Shown here in pieces: positions 7,116 to 17,120 of a stretch of DNA of 26,819 bases. Source of the DNA: a virus (lineage: Duplodnaviria; Caudoviricetes); the IMG/VR virus record IMGVR_UViG_3300003375_000118, positions 1 to 26,819 of that record. One strand, 5' to 3'. Numbering within the stretch: position 1 is the first letter of the stretch; every line of letters starts with the position of its first letter. The notes beneath the pieces were generated by a model. The model saw only the letters and a program-made list of their open reading frames with translations, was not told where the DNA came from and made no database searches. Position numbers and translations under genes: made by a program.

Positions 7116-10067
7116 CTAACATCCATAATAAAAAGAATAAAAACGACAACTACTAGTACAATTACTTTCCATATTATTATATACCGTCCATGGTTCCTCT
7201 ATTATACTATAACTATAACCTAGATTTCCAGGTTGTTGTGGTGGACTCATAGTTGGCCAACTAACACCACTTGGTAATGATGGAGCACTACCCGTTGGAG
7301 CACATGATGGTTCAACATAAGGAATTGGAGGAAAAATATTAACGAGTCCTCCACCACCATTATAATAATCATTTAAACATGTGCCGTCATCAATTTGTAC
7401 AACACTTGGTTGACCAGCTATACTGCTTGGAGTCTTAGGATGTTGATATAATGGATCAACCATATATAACTCAGAATTGGCTTGAGCTATAGCACCAAAT
7501 GGATCATCAATGGCCACATCATTATTCATCCAATATGTTTTACCATTGGCAAAGCTTTCACTATTTGGGGAGATACATACGACTTGTTCGGCACACGGAC
7601 TATATGATAAACAACTACTAGTACATCCATATGGTGTAAATGTACCACGTCCATTACTATACCATGACTGATATCTAAATTCATATTTTGGATTACTATC
7701 ATTCCAATGATAATCAGGTGCACCCGTACTACTAGCATATACAGAGTTTATTATGCCACCACTATATGATGGTGTTATTACGAAATTGCTATCATCAATA
7801 CGTGTAACGATATTTGCAGCAGATGTTGATGTCATACTAAGATCGTATAAATCAATACTATCACCACTTCTTAAATTAGTTTGGGGATCACTAAACGTAA
7901 CAAGTGTATGACTACCCGTAGCACTAACATATATGTTATCACGGCCACATATCGGTGGACAATTTGGAAATCTTACTTTACCAACGAGTCCGTAGCTATC
8001 ACCCGTACCACTGTTGTATGTTCCATAATGATTATAGTCACTTGGTAAATTTGCTATTTTACTACCCGTTATTAAATTATAGTTACCACCACCTGCTGCT
8101 GTCTGACTACATCCTGTATATATACCATCATATCCATCTGTTTGACATAGTAATATTGTGCCACCCACACCACTTAATGGACCATCCATTAATAGTTCAC
8201 CGACAAAGTTACAAGCATTAGGTTCATCAATTAATACTCTATCACTACCACAAGGTCTTGCAAAATTATAACTCTTTATTGGTATTCTTGTTTCGGCCCA
8301 TTTAACTGCAATGATTTCACCATTGATATCTTGAACACTGGCTCCACGTGGTATATAATTAGCCTGTAGATTATTAATCCAATGTGTACTGTCTAACGGT
8401 AGAAAACTATAATATTGTACTCCAGCAGTTCCACCACATGTGTATATTTGAGCTTCTGTTATATCACAACCCGTTTCATATAAATATTGCTCGTATGTTG
8501 GTCCTGAACATCCTCCTGGTGTAGGACAAAATCTCCAATCTTTAAAATACCAATCAAAGAATCCTGCACATATACTACCACTATTACTTGCACTTACATT
8601 ACTACCAGAAAATGGTGCACCAATTATTTTACCATCAAAATTAAAACTATATACACCACTTGATAATAAATTACCAGAGGAAGGATCAGGTGTCCATTGA
8701 TAACCATTAGTATCAAACCATGATCTTTGACTGTATGTAGGAGTCCATGATGGATTAGGATATGTATAACCATTACTATCAGCTATTGGAGATGTTTTAT
8801 CGTCAACACTTGGACATGGATGTGAAGGTTTAATAGTTGTATTAAGATCAACACCTCTACGTGCCACTAACGGTGCATAACCCGTATAATTATCTTGTCT
8901 CCATGGATATTGAGCATTATTCGTTAAATCCCATGTACCTAATAATCCTTTTAAATCACTAATGACACTGGCACCTGTATTTGTATTACTTAATGCTGAT
9001 GTTAACGTTTCATTAATACTGTATGCACCAGATAAATATGTAAATGGTCCACTACCACAATCCGTCGTGACATATATATCACATGTTGCATGTTTTTCAA
9101 TACTATAACTACCACCACTTCTCGTTGCTGTTACGGTACTATTTGCATTGATACTATATACACCTGCTGCTGCACCACTATAACTTAATGTCATGGTCCA
9201 TCCACTTTGATTTTGTGTAACGGCTGTTACCGTAGGCATTACACCACTACCAAAAGCAGCTACGATCGTATTGTTCCAATCATCAGCTTCATTCGTAGGA
9301 CTCCATGGATCACCATAGCAATGTGGATCATATCCAAGTAAAGTATTACCACCTGCACCTGTAACATCTAAAATACCACCAATACAACCTCTATCACAAC
9401 TTGCCGTTGTTGTAAATTGTGCAGTTGCTCCACCAGCACTATTATAAAACGTAGTTTGTATTGTAGATACGGGATCACCACTACTATAACTCATTATTCC
9501 TGTATTTGGATCAACAGAAGATACTGCTGTTCTTCCACCCGTTCGTGTTGTTTTGACACCGAGATATGGTCCACCAGCACCACATGGACTTATATAAGTT
9601 TTAACTTGGTTATTGACAGAGAATGTTTGTGTTTCCGTTAAATATTTAGTAGTATCAGCCGATACAGATGCTGTCGGTGCACATGCATCTAAACTTGTAT
9701 AATTAAAACAACCATGCCACCATTTTCTTGCAGCTACGTTTTTAAAACCATAATTCTTACAATGACCTACATTTCTGGTAGATGGACTACCGTACCCAAA
9801 TGTTTGTACAGTACTTAAATCTTTTACGTTACCTTGCCATAATCCATAACTCCAATTACTACCACTACCAATAGGTGTGTATCCTGGATTACAATCACAA
9901 TATCCTCCGACAGCCGTACCATATGTAGGAACGGGTAAGGGACTTGTAGTATTTACATATACAGGTATGGCCGTTACATTAGTCTTCATTTGTTGACTAT
10001 TACAACCACCCAACCAATATTTTACTTTAGTTGCATTAGCAGAGCACGGAGTTTGTCGGTAATCCAT
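7116..10067 (-). CDS. Large Cys-rich tail protein (tail tip / adhesin candidate)
   Basis: 983 aa, Ser/Thr/Gly-rich, about 34 Cys by hand count; lies between tape measure and fibre genes. Confidence 0.7.
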   Translation of the reverse strand: MDYRQTPCSANATKVKYWLGGCNSQQMKTNVTAIPVYVNTTSPLPVPTYGTAVGGYCDCNPGYTPIGSGSNWSYGLWQGNVKDLSTVQTFGYGSPSTRNVGHCKNYGFKNVAARKWWHGCFNYTSLDACAPTASVSADTTKYLTETQTFSVNNQVKTYISPCGAGGPYLGVKTTRTGGRTAVSSVDPNTGIMSYSSGDPVSTIQTTFYNSAGGATAQFTTTASCDRGCIGGILDVTGAGGNTLLGYDPHCYGDPWSPTNEADDWNNTIVAAFGSGVMPTVTAVTQNQSGWTMTLSYSGAAAGVYSINANSTVTATRSGGSYSIEKHATCDIYVTTDCGSGPFTYLSGAYSINETLTSALSNTNTGASVISDLKGLLGTWDLTNNAQYPWRQDNYTGYAPLVARRGVDLNTTIKPSHPCPSVDDKTSPIADSNGYTYPNPSWTPTYSQRSWFDTNGYQWTPDPSSGNLLSSGVYSFNFDGKIIGAPFSGSNVSASNSGSICAGFFDWYFKDWRFCPTPGGCSGPTYEQYLYETGCDITEAQIYTCGGTAGVQYYSFLPLDSTHWINNLQANYIPRGASVQDINGEIIAVKWAETRIPIKSYNFARPCGSDRVLIDEPNACNFVGELLMDGPLSGVGGTILLCQTDGYDGIYTGCSQTAAGGGNYNLITGSKIANLPSDYNHYGTYNSGTGDSYGLVGKVRFPNCPPICGRDNIYVSATGSHTLVTFSDPQTNLRSGDSIDLYDLSMTSTSAANIVTRIDDSNFVITPSYSGGIINSVYASSTGAPDYHWNDSNPKYEFRYQSWYSNGRGTFTPYGCTSSCLSYSPCAEQVVCISPNSESFANGKTYWMNNDVAIDDPFGAIAQANSELYMVDPLYQHPKTPSSIAGQPSVVQIDDGTCLNDYYNGGGGLVNIFPPIPYVEPSCAPTGSAPSLPSGVSWPTMSPPQQPGNLGYSYSIIEEPWTVYNNMESNCTSSCRFYSFYYGC

Positions 10068-10070
10068 AAA

Positions 10071-10736
10071 TTAATGTTTCGGTAAATTTGCACTGTTAAA
10101 ACTACCACTGACACATCCACCAATCCAACTGTTTAATATAGTATTATTAGAACATATAGATACATTAATCATAGGCATTAATGGTGCCCAATATTGTTGA
10201 TTACATGTAATGACATATCCACTACCATCCGTAACAGTTCTTACATAAGATGATGGTATAACGGGATATATAGGATAATATACATTATATTGTAACCATT
10301 GATATGCATTTGCCGTTTGTGATGTTAAAGGAACACCAGCAGCAGCATAAGATGATGCAACGGTACTGAGAAAATAACTACTATCTTGTGATATGGGTGG
10401 TACTGATTTTATAGCTACAAACAAACCTGGACATAAACTTGCACTACCATAACTGCTACTGCCATAAAAAGAAGCACTATAACTTGATATATTTGGATCA
10501 ACGAACACAACATCATTAATGTTATATGCAGTATTTTCGTTATATACCCCTGCATAATTCATTCTATTTGGTAATTGATTAATGGGTATACTAAATGTAG
10601 TACCTGCATTACTACCATATTGACCGACATTACCACCCATACCCATACTGTTCTGATTCATAGTATTAGCCATACTGGTGAATACAGAACTATTTGGATC
10701 GTCCAAAGGAACTGACGGTCTCTGTAGATAATTCAT
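10071..10736 (-). CDS. Putative tail/baseplate protein
   Basis: 221 aa in the tail module; YAGVYNENTAYNINDVV resembles a carbohydrate-binding-type repeat. Confidence 0.65.
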   Translation of the reverse strand: MNYLQRPSVPLDDPNSSVFTSMANTMNQNSMGMGGNVGQYGSNAGTTFSIPINQLPNRMNYAGVYNENTAYNINDVVFVDPNISSYSASFYGSSSYGSASLCPGLFVAIKSVPPISQDSSYFLSTVASSYAAAGVPLTSQTANAYQWLQYNVYYPIYPVIPSSYVRTVTDGSGYVITCNQQYWAPLMPMINVSICSNNTILNSWIGGCVSGSFNSANLPKH

Positions 10737-10739
10737 AAA

Positions 10740-11792
10740 TTAAAATGCTGTCGGTGCAATAACAGGATAATTAGAATAGTATCCTGGTACATAATATAAT
10801 CCTGCTACCCATTCATCCCATACGAAGTTTTGTGCTAACTGTATTTTGTTTTTCGTTATATATTGATATGTAACGGGTTGAACCATATATCCTGCCGTTA
10901 CAATAACACTTGCTCCACTATCCTGTTGAACACCCGACGTTGAACTTACAACACTTAATATTTTACTATATGATGGATACATTAAATTTTGAACTACTTT
11001 TGGTATGGTATAATTTTTAACCATTTCAGTTTGAGATAATATAGTGTTTCTATTTAGATTTGCTACATTATTTTTAAAACTGACATCACCAGCCGTATTA
11101 AAACTATTATTACTATTATTTAAATCTATGACGGCACTTCTTTTTAGTGTTTGTGTCCACGATGGGGTATGTGTAATACCTGCTCTCATCATACTTAATA
11201 CTTGCTGTGCAAACGGTAAATAACCTGCATAGCTTACACTACCTGATGGTGGAATGATAATTGTAGAAGCCTGATTGTTATAAGCATAATATATTGCAGC
11301 TTTAACAGGATCAGGAAAGGCATACATATTATTAGAAGCATTTAAAGATACTGATGGATTATTATACCAATTACTACTTGCCAATGGTTTTTGTCCGGCC
11401 GTTGGTACTATTTCCCAATTTTCCAATACAGATTGATTAATATAATAATCTTGTTCAGATATTTCATCGAAAGGAACGGTAATCGTAATCGTAAATATAG
11501 GACCCGTTGTGATTTCATAACTACATCCAAAGTCAGCATAGAAGTTTGCTAAATTTTGAATATCTGATACGTTTGGTGATGTGTACACTTTCGTGGTTGT
11601 ACCTAATGTGTTTGGTGCAAAATTAGTTTTACGACTCACTAAAATTATAGTACTTGCATTTGGTAATGTTAATCCTTTATTCGGTGATATTGCACCAACA
11701 AATGGATCAACTATTGTATAGTTACTAGTTGACGGATCCATTGCCAACTCACTACCAAGATTACCTCTATATTTTAGACTGTTTATACTCAT
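10740..11792 (-). CDS. Putative distal tail protein
   Basis: 350 aa, immediately after the tape measure gene (synteny only). Confidence 0.6.
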   Translation of the reverse strand: MSINSLKYRGNLGSELAMDPSTSNYTIVDPFVGAISPNKGLTLPNASTIILVSRKTNFAPNTLGTTTKVYTSPNVSDIQNLANFYADFGCSYEITTGPIFTITITVPFDEISEQDYYINQSVLENWEIVPTAGQKPLASSNWYNNPSVSLNASNNMYAFPDPVKAAIYYAYNNQASTIIIPPSGSVSYAGYLPFAQQVLSMMRAGITHTPSWTQTLKRSAVIDLNNSNNSFNTAGDVSFKNNVANLNRNTILSQTEMVKNYTIPKVVQNLMYPSYSKILSVVSSTSGVQQDSGASVIVTAGYMVQPVTYQYITKNKIQLAQNFVWDEWVAGLYYVPGYYSNYPVIAPTAF

Positions 11793-11807
11793 ATTTTTTT
11801 ATTTGTT

Positions 11808-13430
11808 TTAATGCATTGCTAATGGTTGATTGATAACTCCGATATTTACACCTTGTTTACCACCAGTATTATATACAATTTGTGTTAATAAATTAACCAT
11901 TTGTTCATTTAATACTAATAGACGTGATTGAATATCTGCTCCATATACACCACCAAAACTTAAATTAGGACCACCTGCACCTATATTACCCATTGTTCCA
12001 AAACCAAATTGACCTAATCCTCTATTAGTAGGAGGATATTCAGGATGTAGAATATCATTAACATCACTTTTATTGACGTTACTTGCCATGGCTGCTATAC
12101 CTACATAACCAGTACCGGCAGCAACATAATCAATACTATATTTCTTTGATAACAGTCTCTTTACAGTTTCATCTGATAAAGCATTACCATTTTTTAAAAA
12201 TGTACCTTCAACAGTATCATATTGAACACCAATACTGTCCAAAGCCGATAGGATACTTTTTTCCGATGATAATACTGTTTTATCTAATGCACCTTCGTAA
12301 CCACTCTTGGTTAATTTAGATAAAATACCGTTTTGTCCAGCCGTAGCACCACGTACGGCTCCACCCAATGATTCCATTCCAACTTTTTCCAATCCCGATG
12401 CAACTAAATTTCCAGGAGCAGATGTTCCTCCAACTATTCCCGTTAAAACTGCTGCACCTGCTCCTTGTGCAGCTCTAACATCAGCATTACTTAATCCTAA
12501 AGTTTTATACGAGTCACCAATGTATTTATCAATATATTTATCGGCCATTCCGAAAGTGGCTGTTTTGGCAATGCCTGCTCCCATACCTCCTATTCTACCT
12601 GCTAATTTAAACCAATTACCATGTATAACATCGTCTCCTATTCCTTTTATTGTGTTGATGACACCACTTAACATTGCAGCAAGACCATTTACAATATTTA
12701 ATACTAATGTTGCAATGGGTGATAAAGCCGATCCTAATTCTTTCATATGAAGAACAAAATTACTCCAACTATCAGCCATACTCTGTACATCCTGTGCATT
12801 TACTGTTGGTACACCTACACCAACATTTTCAGCATAGTTTTTTAAACTTCCACCAACGTTATTACCTGCTTTACCACCTGTAAATTGTACGGCTAAGTTT
12901 TGTACATCTGTTATGGATTCTTTACCAAATACTTTCTCAATGGCAAGACCTTGTGTAGATAAAGAGGAACCTTTACCCATTATTTTTTCAAAAATACCAC
13001 TTGTTCCTAATGTTTTTAAATCTTTTAATTGAACACCCAATCTTGCAAAACTAGCAGCTAATTCCATATTACCACTTACAGCTTCTGTTGCAGCAGCATT
13101 TAACTTATCAAAGAAATTCTTTATGTTACCTTCATCAAGATGTGTACGTTCAAATAATGTTTTTAATATTTGATAGTCCGTGGTTGTTGCTCGTACTTGT
13201 TCTGCTGAACGTTGAAGGTTAACGGCCCATTCACCAGTTCTTTGTATGGCCTGTTCAATTAATGCAACGGGAATAGCATCGGACAATGCTTTACCGAAAT
13301 TATCAGATGCTCTCGTTGCATTACCTAGTTTTGATTCAATACTATTAATGTCTGATTTTAGATCGGCAACGTCTTTTTTAAACTGTGATCGGTCCAATCT
13401 ACTTTCAATGCTTACTCCTAATTTTGGCAT
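11808..13430 (-). CDS. Tail tape measure protein
   Basis: 540 aa, helical and Ala/Gly-rich, with an AASFARLGVQLKDL motif typical of tape measures; follows the tail tube and chaperone genes. Confidence 0.8.
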   Translation of the reverse strand: MPKLGVSIESRLDRSQFKKDVADLKSDINSIESKLGNATRASDNFGKALSDAIPVALIEQAIQRTGEWAVNLQRSAEQVRATTTDYQILKTLFERTHLDEGNIKNFFDKLNAAATEAVSGNMELAASFARLGVQLKDLKTLGTSGIFEKIMGKGSSLSTQGLAIEKVFGKESITDVQNLAVQFTGGKAGNNVGGSLKNYAENVGVGVPTVNAQDVQSMADSWSNFVLHMKELGSALSPIATLVLNIVNGLAAMLSGVINTIKGIGDDVIHGNWFKLAGRIGGMGAGIAKTATFGMADKYIDKYIGDSYKTLGLSNADVRAAQGAGAAVLTGIVGGTSAPGNLVASGLEKVGMESLGGAVRGATAGQNGILSKLTKSGYEGALDKTVLSSEKSILSALDSIGVQYDTVEGTFLKNGNALSDETVKRLLSKKYSIDYVAAGTGYVGIAAMASNVNKSDVNDILHPEYPPTNRGLGQFGFGTMGNIGAGGPNLSFGGVYGADIQSRLLVLNEQMVNLLTQIVYNTGGKQGVNIGVINQPLAMH

Positions 13431-13460
13431 AATTTTATATATTTATATCTTATAATAGGG

Positions 13461-13470
13461 GTAGTGTCTA
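13461..13470 (-). promoter_or_regulatory. TAGACACYA motif
   Basis: TAGACACTAC about 30 nt upstream of the tape-measure ATG. Confidence 0.6.
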
Positions 13471-13473
13471 AAA

Positions 13474-14103
13474 TCATTCAGGAGAAGGAACGTAAGGTTC
13501 ATTTATGACATTAACTTGGGCTTTATTTCTAATACTACTATTAACAACTTTAATGGCACCTTCTGTTTCTGCATTTTGACACCACTCAAAAAACAATCTT
13601 CTTAAATTCATATTAAGTATTTCTGTTTCACTATATCCCATTTTTTTAAATATTTGCCATACACCAATTTTCCAATCTAAACCTGTGGGTGTTTGATTTT
13701 GTTTCTGTTCAATGCTGTATATAGGCATATTAAAGAAATATGTCATATAGTCTCGGAATTGATTAACTTTAGTATATATGTTCCAATCTTCTCCTTCAAT
13801 CTCCATGTCGGCATCAATAACTTCTTTTATTGAACTGATGATATCTTTTGCTTCATTATCATCATTTAGAACTGCTAATCCATCTTCATATGATAGGGAA
13901 CATATAGTTAATGCTTTAAAGTAATCTAATAGTCCCGTCTTAATATCAATGTTTACGACGTCTGAATTTATTAAAGGACTATCTATTCTCTCTAATAGTA
14001 ATAAATGACCGAGGCAGAATGGTTTCAATTCAATACTACAAACAATGAATTTCTTTGGTAATATTGCCTCAGGATAATAATATAATGTATATGGATTTGA
14101 CAT
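13474..14103 (-). CDS. Putative tail assembly chaperone
   Basis: 209 aa between tail tube and tape measure; C-terminal GYSETEILNMNLRRL resembles gpT-like segments. Confidence 0.6.
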   Translation of the reverse strand: MSNPYTLYYYPEAILPKKFIVCSIELKPFCLGHLLLLERIDSPLINSDVVNIDIKTGLLDYFKALTICSLSYEDGLAVLNDDNEAKDIISSIKEVIDADMEIEGEDWNIYTKVNQFRDYMTYFFNMPIYSIEQKQNQTPTGLDWKIGVWQIFKKMGYSETEILNMNLRRLFFEWCQNAETEGAIKVVNSSIRNKAQVNVINEPYVPSPE

Positions 14104-14120
14104 TTTTTTAAATTTTTATG

Positions 14121-14148
14121 TTGACTTTCTTAATTACTATGGTATAAT
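14121..14148 (+). promoter_or_regulatory. Sigma70-type promoter upstream of hairpin repeat C
   Basis: TTGACT (14121-14126), 16-nt spacer, TGn-TATAAT (14143-14148). Confidence 0.7.
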
Positions 14149-14157
14149 GCATATATA

Positions 14158-14208
14158 GTGACGATATCGTTCTCATACGAATATCAAAATCACTGTTGCT
14201 CCGGCTGA
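14158..14208 (+). ncRNA. 36-nt hairpin repeat, copy C (14158-14193), plus a 15-nt segment antisense to the tail-tube mRNA starts (14194-14208)
   Basis: GTGACGATATCGTTCTCATACGAATATCAAAATCAC followed directly by TGTTGCTCCGGCTGA, identical to 14700-14714 and 15144-15158. Confidence 0.75.
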
Positions 14209-14245
14209 TAATAATAAATAGTAATATAAAATATCAAAATGCAAT

Positions 14246-14284
14246 AAAAAAGGACTGATCTAATAAATCAGTCCTTTAATTTTT
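14246..14284. terminator. Bidirectional rho-independent terminator
   Basis: AAAGGACTGAT / ATCAGTCCTTT stem with an A-tract on the left and a T-rich tract on the right; downstream of the tail-tube genes and of repeat C. Confidence 0.75.
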
Positions 14285-14300
14285 ATATTAATTAAATAAA

Positions 14301-14717
14301 TTAACTTAATATATTGAGATATCTTATTAACTTTAACGTTACTTTAGTTGCATCCGTGTTCATTTCTTTCTGTGTAGTGGATTCTACGAGCCAGTTTGTA
14401 GATGCAACGGCATCACCAGAAGCTACAGAAACCGTTACGTTCGTACCTTGATCAGGTTTACTGATTACAGCAGAACCATTAACGGCACTAGAATCACTAA
14501 CGACATACTCAATCGTAGCCGTTGCCGTAGGATTATAGAATATCACGGCAGCTACACTACCACTTTGATTTCTTATTTCATTCTTCTCTACATTTTCGTC
14601 GTAATCAATGCTCTGAAATGATCCAGAAGCACCCGTTACGGTTACCGTTGAAGAGCCTAATCCCCATCTTAGATTTACTCCTGATGAGGCATGATACTGT
14701 GTTGCTCCGGCTGACAT
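14301..14717 (-). CDS. Major tail (tube) protein, paralogue 2
   Basis: 138 aa, beta-rich, in the tail-tube position; 120/138 aa identical to its neighbour. Confidence 0.7.
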   Translation of the reverse strand: MSAGATQYHASSGVNLRWGLGSSTVTVTGASGSFQSIDYDENVEKNEIRNQSGSVAAVIFYNPTATATIEYVVSDSSAVNGSAVISKPDQGTNVTVSVASGDAVASTNWLVESTTQKEMNTDATKVTLKLIRYLNILS

Positions 14718-14744
14718 ATTATATTATTTCCTTTATGTTAAAAA

Positions 14745-15161
14745 TTAGCTTAAAATGTTCAAGTAACGTATGAGTTTAAGTGTTACCTTAACAGCATCCG
14801 TGTTCATTTCTTTTTGGGTCGTAGATTCTACTAACCAATTAGTTGATGCAACATTGTCACCACTTGCAGCCGTAACAGTTACATTAGTTCCTTGATCGGG
14901 TTTCGTAATAGTAGCTGATCCATTGACTGCTGAACCATCACTTACGATATACTCAATGGTTGCTGTTGCCGTAGGATTGTAAAACACGACTGCTGCCATC
15001 GTGCCTCTTTGATCACGAATTTCATTCTTTTCAACGTTTTCGTCGTAATCAATAGATTGAAATGTGCCCGTGGCATTAGTTACGGTTATTGCTGAGGATC
15101 CTAATCCCCATCTTAGATTTACCCCTGATGAGGCATGATACTGTGTTGCTCCGGCTGACAT
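14745..15161 (-). CDS. Major tail (tube) protein, paralogue 1
   Basis: 138 aa; AAGGA SD-like site upstream; tandem duplicate of 14301-14717. Confidence 0.7.
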   Translation of the reverse strand: MSAGATQYHASSGVNLRWGLGSSAITVTNATGTFQSIDYDENVEKNEIRDQRGTMAAVVFYNPTATATIEYIVSDGSAVNGSATITKPDQGTNVTVTAASGDNVASTNWLVESTTQKEMNTDAVKVTLKLIRYLNILS

Positions 15162-15189
15162 ATTATATTATTTCCTTATATTATTTTGA

Positions 15190-15199
15190 ATAGTGTCTA
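15190..15199 (-). promoter_or_regulatory. TAGACACYA motif
   Basis: TAGACACTAT about 29 nt upstream of the first tail-tube ATG. Confidence 0.6.
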
Positions 15200-15670
15200 T
15201 TAATTTGTATTTAAACTACATATCACACGAAATGTAGTACAGTTCTCCAATGCATCCTCAATAAATTTACATGTATTATCAAGTGTTTGTACTTGAAATG
15301 CCACGAAATTAAATGTACTATTATTCCACTGACTCGTTATGTTATAACCAGGAATTTGATAAATAGCACTGAATATTTGCATTGCATATTGACTTAAATT
15401 GGTCGTTGATGTATCATATGCCATTTCTAATACTTTAACTTCAACGGTAGCATCAAATACATTTGTTTGATAGTATGTTTCTCTTGCATCCACCACGTTT
15501 ACCGTACATAATGGTGCCGATTTAATTTGGTTATTAATACCAGTATAAATAGGAAATGAACTGCCACTCAAGCTACTGCTTGGATTCATACTACTGCTAT
15601 TGAGAAAGGTAACAAAACTGCTTTCCAAAGCAAAATTAATAGGAACATATGATCCTGTAGGTAGTGGCAT
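15200..15670 (-). CDS. Putative tail terminator (gpU-like)
   Basis: 156 aa directly before the tail tube (synteny). Confidence 0.55.
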   Translation of the reverse strand: MPLPTGSYVPINFALESSFVTFLNSSSMNPSSSLSGSSFPIYTGINNQIKSAPLCTVNVVDARETYYQTNVFDATVEVKVLEMAYDTSTTNLSQYAMQIFSAIYQIPGYNITSQWNNSTFNFVAFQVQTLDNTCKFIEDALENCTTFRVICSLNTN

Positions 15671-15676
15671 ATAATA

Positions 15677-16054
15677 TTATGATTGGCAAGATATATATTG
15701 TAAATAGCTGCCACTAACTTCGTTATAAGTACTTTTTCCATATAGAGTTACCGATCCAGAGTATGGTAATAATGCTGTATCGGATGGTGCTAATATTGTA
15801 TTATATTGTATACTGGATGTATTCTGACATATTAATACGGATGCAGAAGCATTAGGATTACTAAGAAACAAATATCTTAGATTAGTTGCCGTACCTTGAT
15901 TAATCAATGTCCATGCACTACTGGTAATAGCCAATGTAGATGCTAAATTATTAGATGACGTAAGATATACTGTATCGGTAAGTACACCTTGAGATTTAAT
16001 ATTATTGTTCGTTAAAACAACTAAACCGTTAATTACGAATGAATTGGTTGCCAT
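15677..16054 (-). CDS. Hypothetical virion protein
   Basis: 125 aa, beta-rich Ser/Thr/Asn composition, in the neck region. Confidence 0.6.
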   Translation of the reverse strand: MATNSFVINGLVVLTNNNIKSQGVLTDTVYLTSSNNLASTLAITSSAWTLINQGTATNLRYLFLSNPNASASVLICQNTSSIQYNTILAPSDTALLPYSGSVTLYGKSTYNEVSGSYLQYISCQS

Positions 16055-16083
16055 ATTTTTTTATTGATTTCCTGATATTATCA

Positions 16084-16093
16084 ATGGTGTCTA
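16084..16093 (-). promoter_or_regulatory. TAGACACYA motif
   Basis: TAGACACCAT about 30 nt upstream of the ATG at 16054. Confidence 0.6.
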
Positions 16094-16096
16094 ATC

Positions 16097-16747
16097 TTAC
16101 TTGTATTTATCTAATAACTTACCATATATAAGTTCTGAGAATTTCTTCCATTGAGAATTAACATCTTTATATGCTTCTTGTACACCTTGCATTAATACGT
16201 TTTGTGCTTGTGCTTTGGAATCACCATCACCCGTCGTATTAATAGCCATTGCATATTTACTTGTAGCATTAACTTTAGCATATACTACATCACCTTTATC
16301 GGTACCTACATTTTTCGTTAATGGATCAATTTCAAATTGATATCTTTTAATAATACTATAATACTTACTTCTTTTTAAAAGTTTATCAAGGTATTTAATG
16401 GATGGCATCCATCCTGATTTTAAATATGTAATACTGAATATTTTAGCTGCTATTAACTTCTCTACGGCTTCATGTAATGGTGGTCCTTTAAGTTTACTTA
16501 ATCCATTACTCTTTCTCTTAGAATTAACTAATGCCTCACCAAGAGTACCACCACTCATTGATGGTTTATTCATATCAGCTACGATCTTTGCTTCCGTACT
16601 CTTTAACGTTATAGCATTACTATTTTGTGCAATCTGTAATACAACGGCATTTATTACATCTGTATTTAATTCATTTATTTCTTTTTCAAAAATATCAAGG
16701 TCATCAAACAATTGTTTTTTATTCTTAATATGAAAGGATGTAGCCAT
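16097..16747 (-). CDS. Putative neck / tail-completion protein
   Basis: Basic helical protein. Likely start is M11 of the tracked ORF (16747), just after the stop of the upstream gene. Confidence 0.55.
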   Translation of the reverse strand: MATSFHIKNKKQLFDDLDIFEKEINELNTDVINAVVLQIAQNSNAITLKSTEAKIVADMNKPSMSGGTLGEALVNSKRKSNGLSKLKGPPLHEAVEKLIAAKIFSITYLKSGWMPSIKYLDKLLKRSKYYSIIKRYQFEIDPLTKNVGTDKGDVVYAKVNATSKYAMAINTTGDGDSKAQAQNVLMQGVQEAYKDVNSQWKKFSELIYGKLLDKYK

Positions 16748-16748
16748 A

Positions 16749-17090
16749 TCATATACCTCTGTTTTGATTAATGGCAACTAATCTCATATGTGTACCTTGA
16801 GGAGCCGTTCTTATCTGTAATATACGATATGTAATACCGTTATATGTAACGAGTTGTTGAGTCGTAGGCATCGTCGTAAATAACGATGAACTATCTGCAT
16901 TAACCAGACGTACCGTTATATTAGCAGTTGTGTCAACGGTATAACCACCAATACCAAGTTGCTTTTCTTGCATGGCAAGACTAACGACGGCAGGATATGA
17001 ACTACCACTGATAGTAATGGTATTAGGTACATCATTCTCCATATATAATAGAGCATTAATCGTGTCTTTTTGCAAACTACTTAAACTCAT
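16749..17090 (-). CDS. Head-closure / head-tail joining protein (gpFII-like)
   Basis: 113 aa after the capsid gene; LVTYNGITYRILQI motif typical of head-closure beta-barrels. Confidence 0.65.
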   Translation of the reverse strand: MSLSSLQKDTINALLYMENDVPNTITISGSSYPAVVSLAMQEKQLGIGGYTVDTTANITVRLVNADSSSLFTTMPTTQQLVTYNGITYRILQIRTAPQGTHMRLVAINQNRGI

Positions 17091-17102
17091 ATAATAATAA
17101 GA

Positions 17103-17112
17103 ATAGTGTCTA
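17103..17112 (-). promoter_or_regulatory. TAGACACYA motif
   Basis: TAGACACTAT directly after the capsid terminator, 12 nt before the next ATG. Confidence 0.65.
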
Positions 17113-17120
17113 ACAATAAA

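Noticed and set aside
13474-14103. Lambda G/GT programmed frameshift in the tail chaperone
   Set aside because: A single ORF fills the interval to the tape measure; there is no second overlapping frame.
15190-15199. Similarity of TAGACACTAT to the SP6 promoter core GACACTATA
   Set aside because: No single-subunit RNA polymerase in the window and no conserved upstream specificity region.
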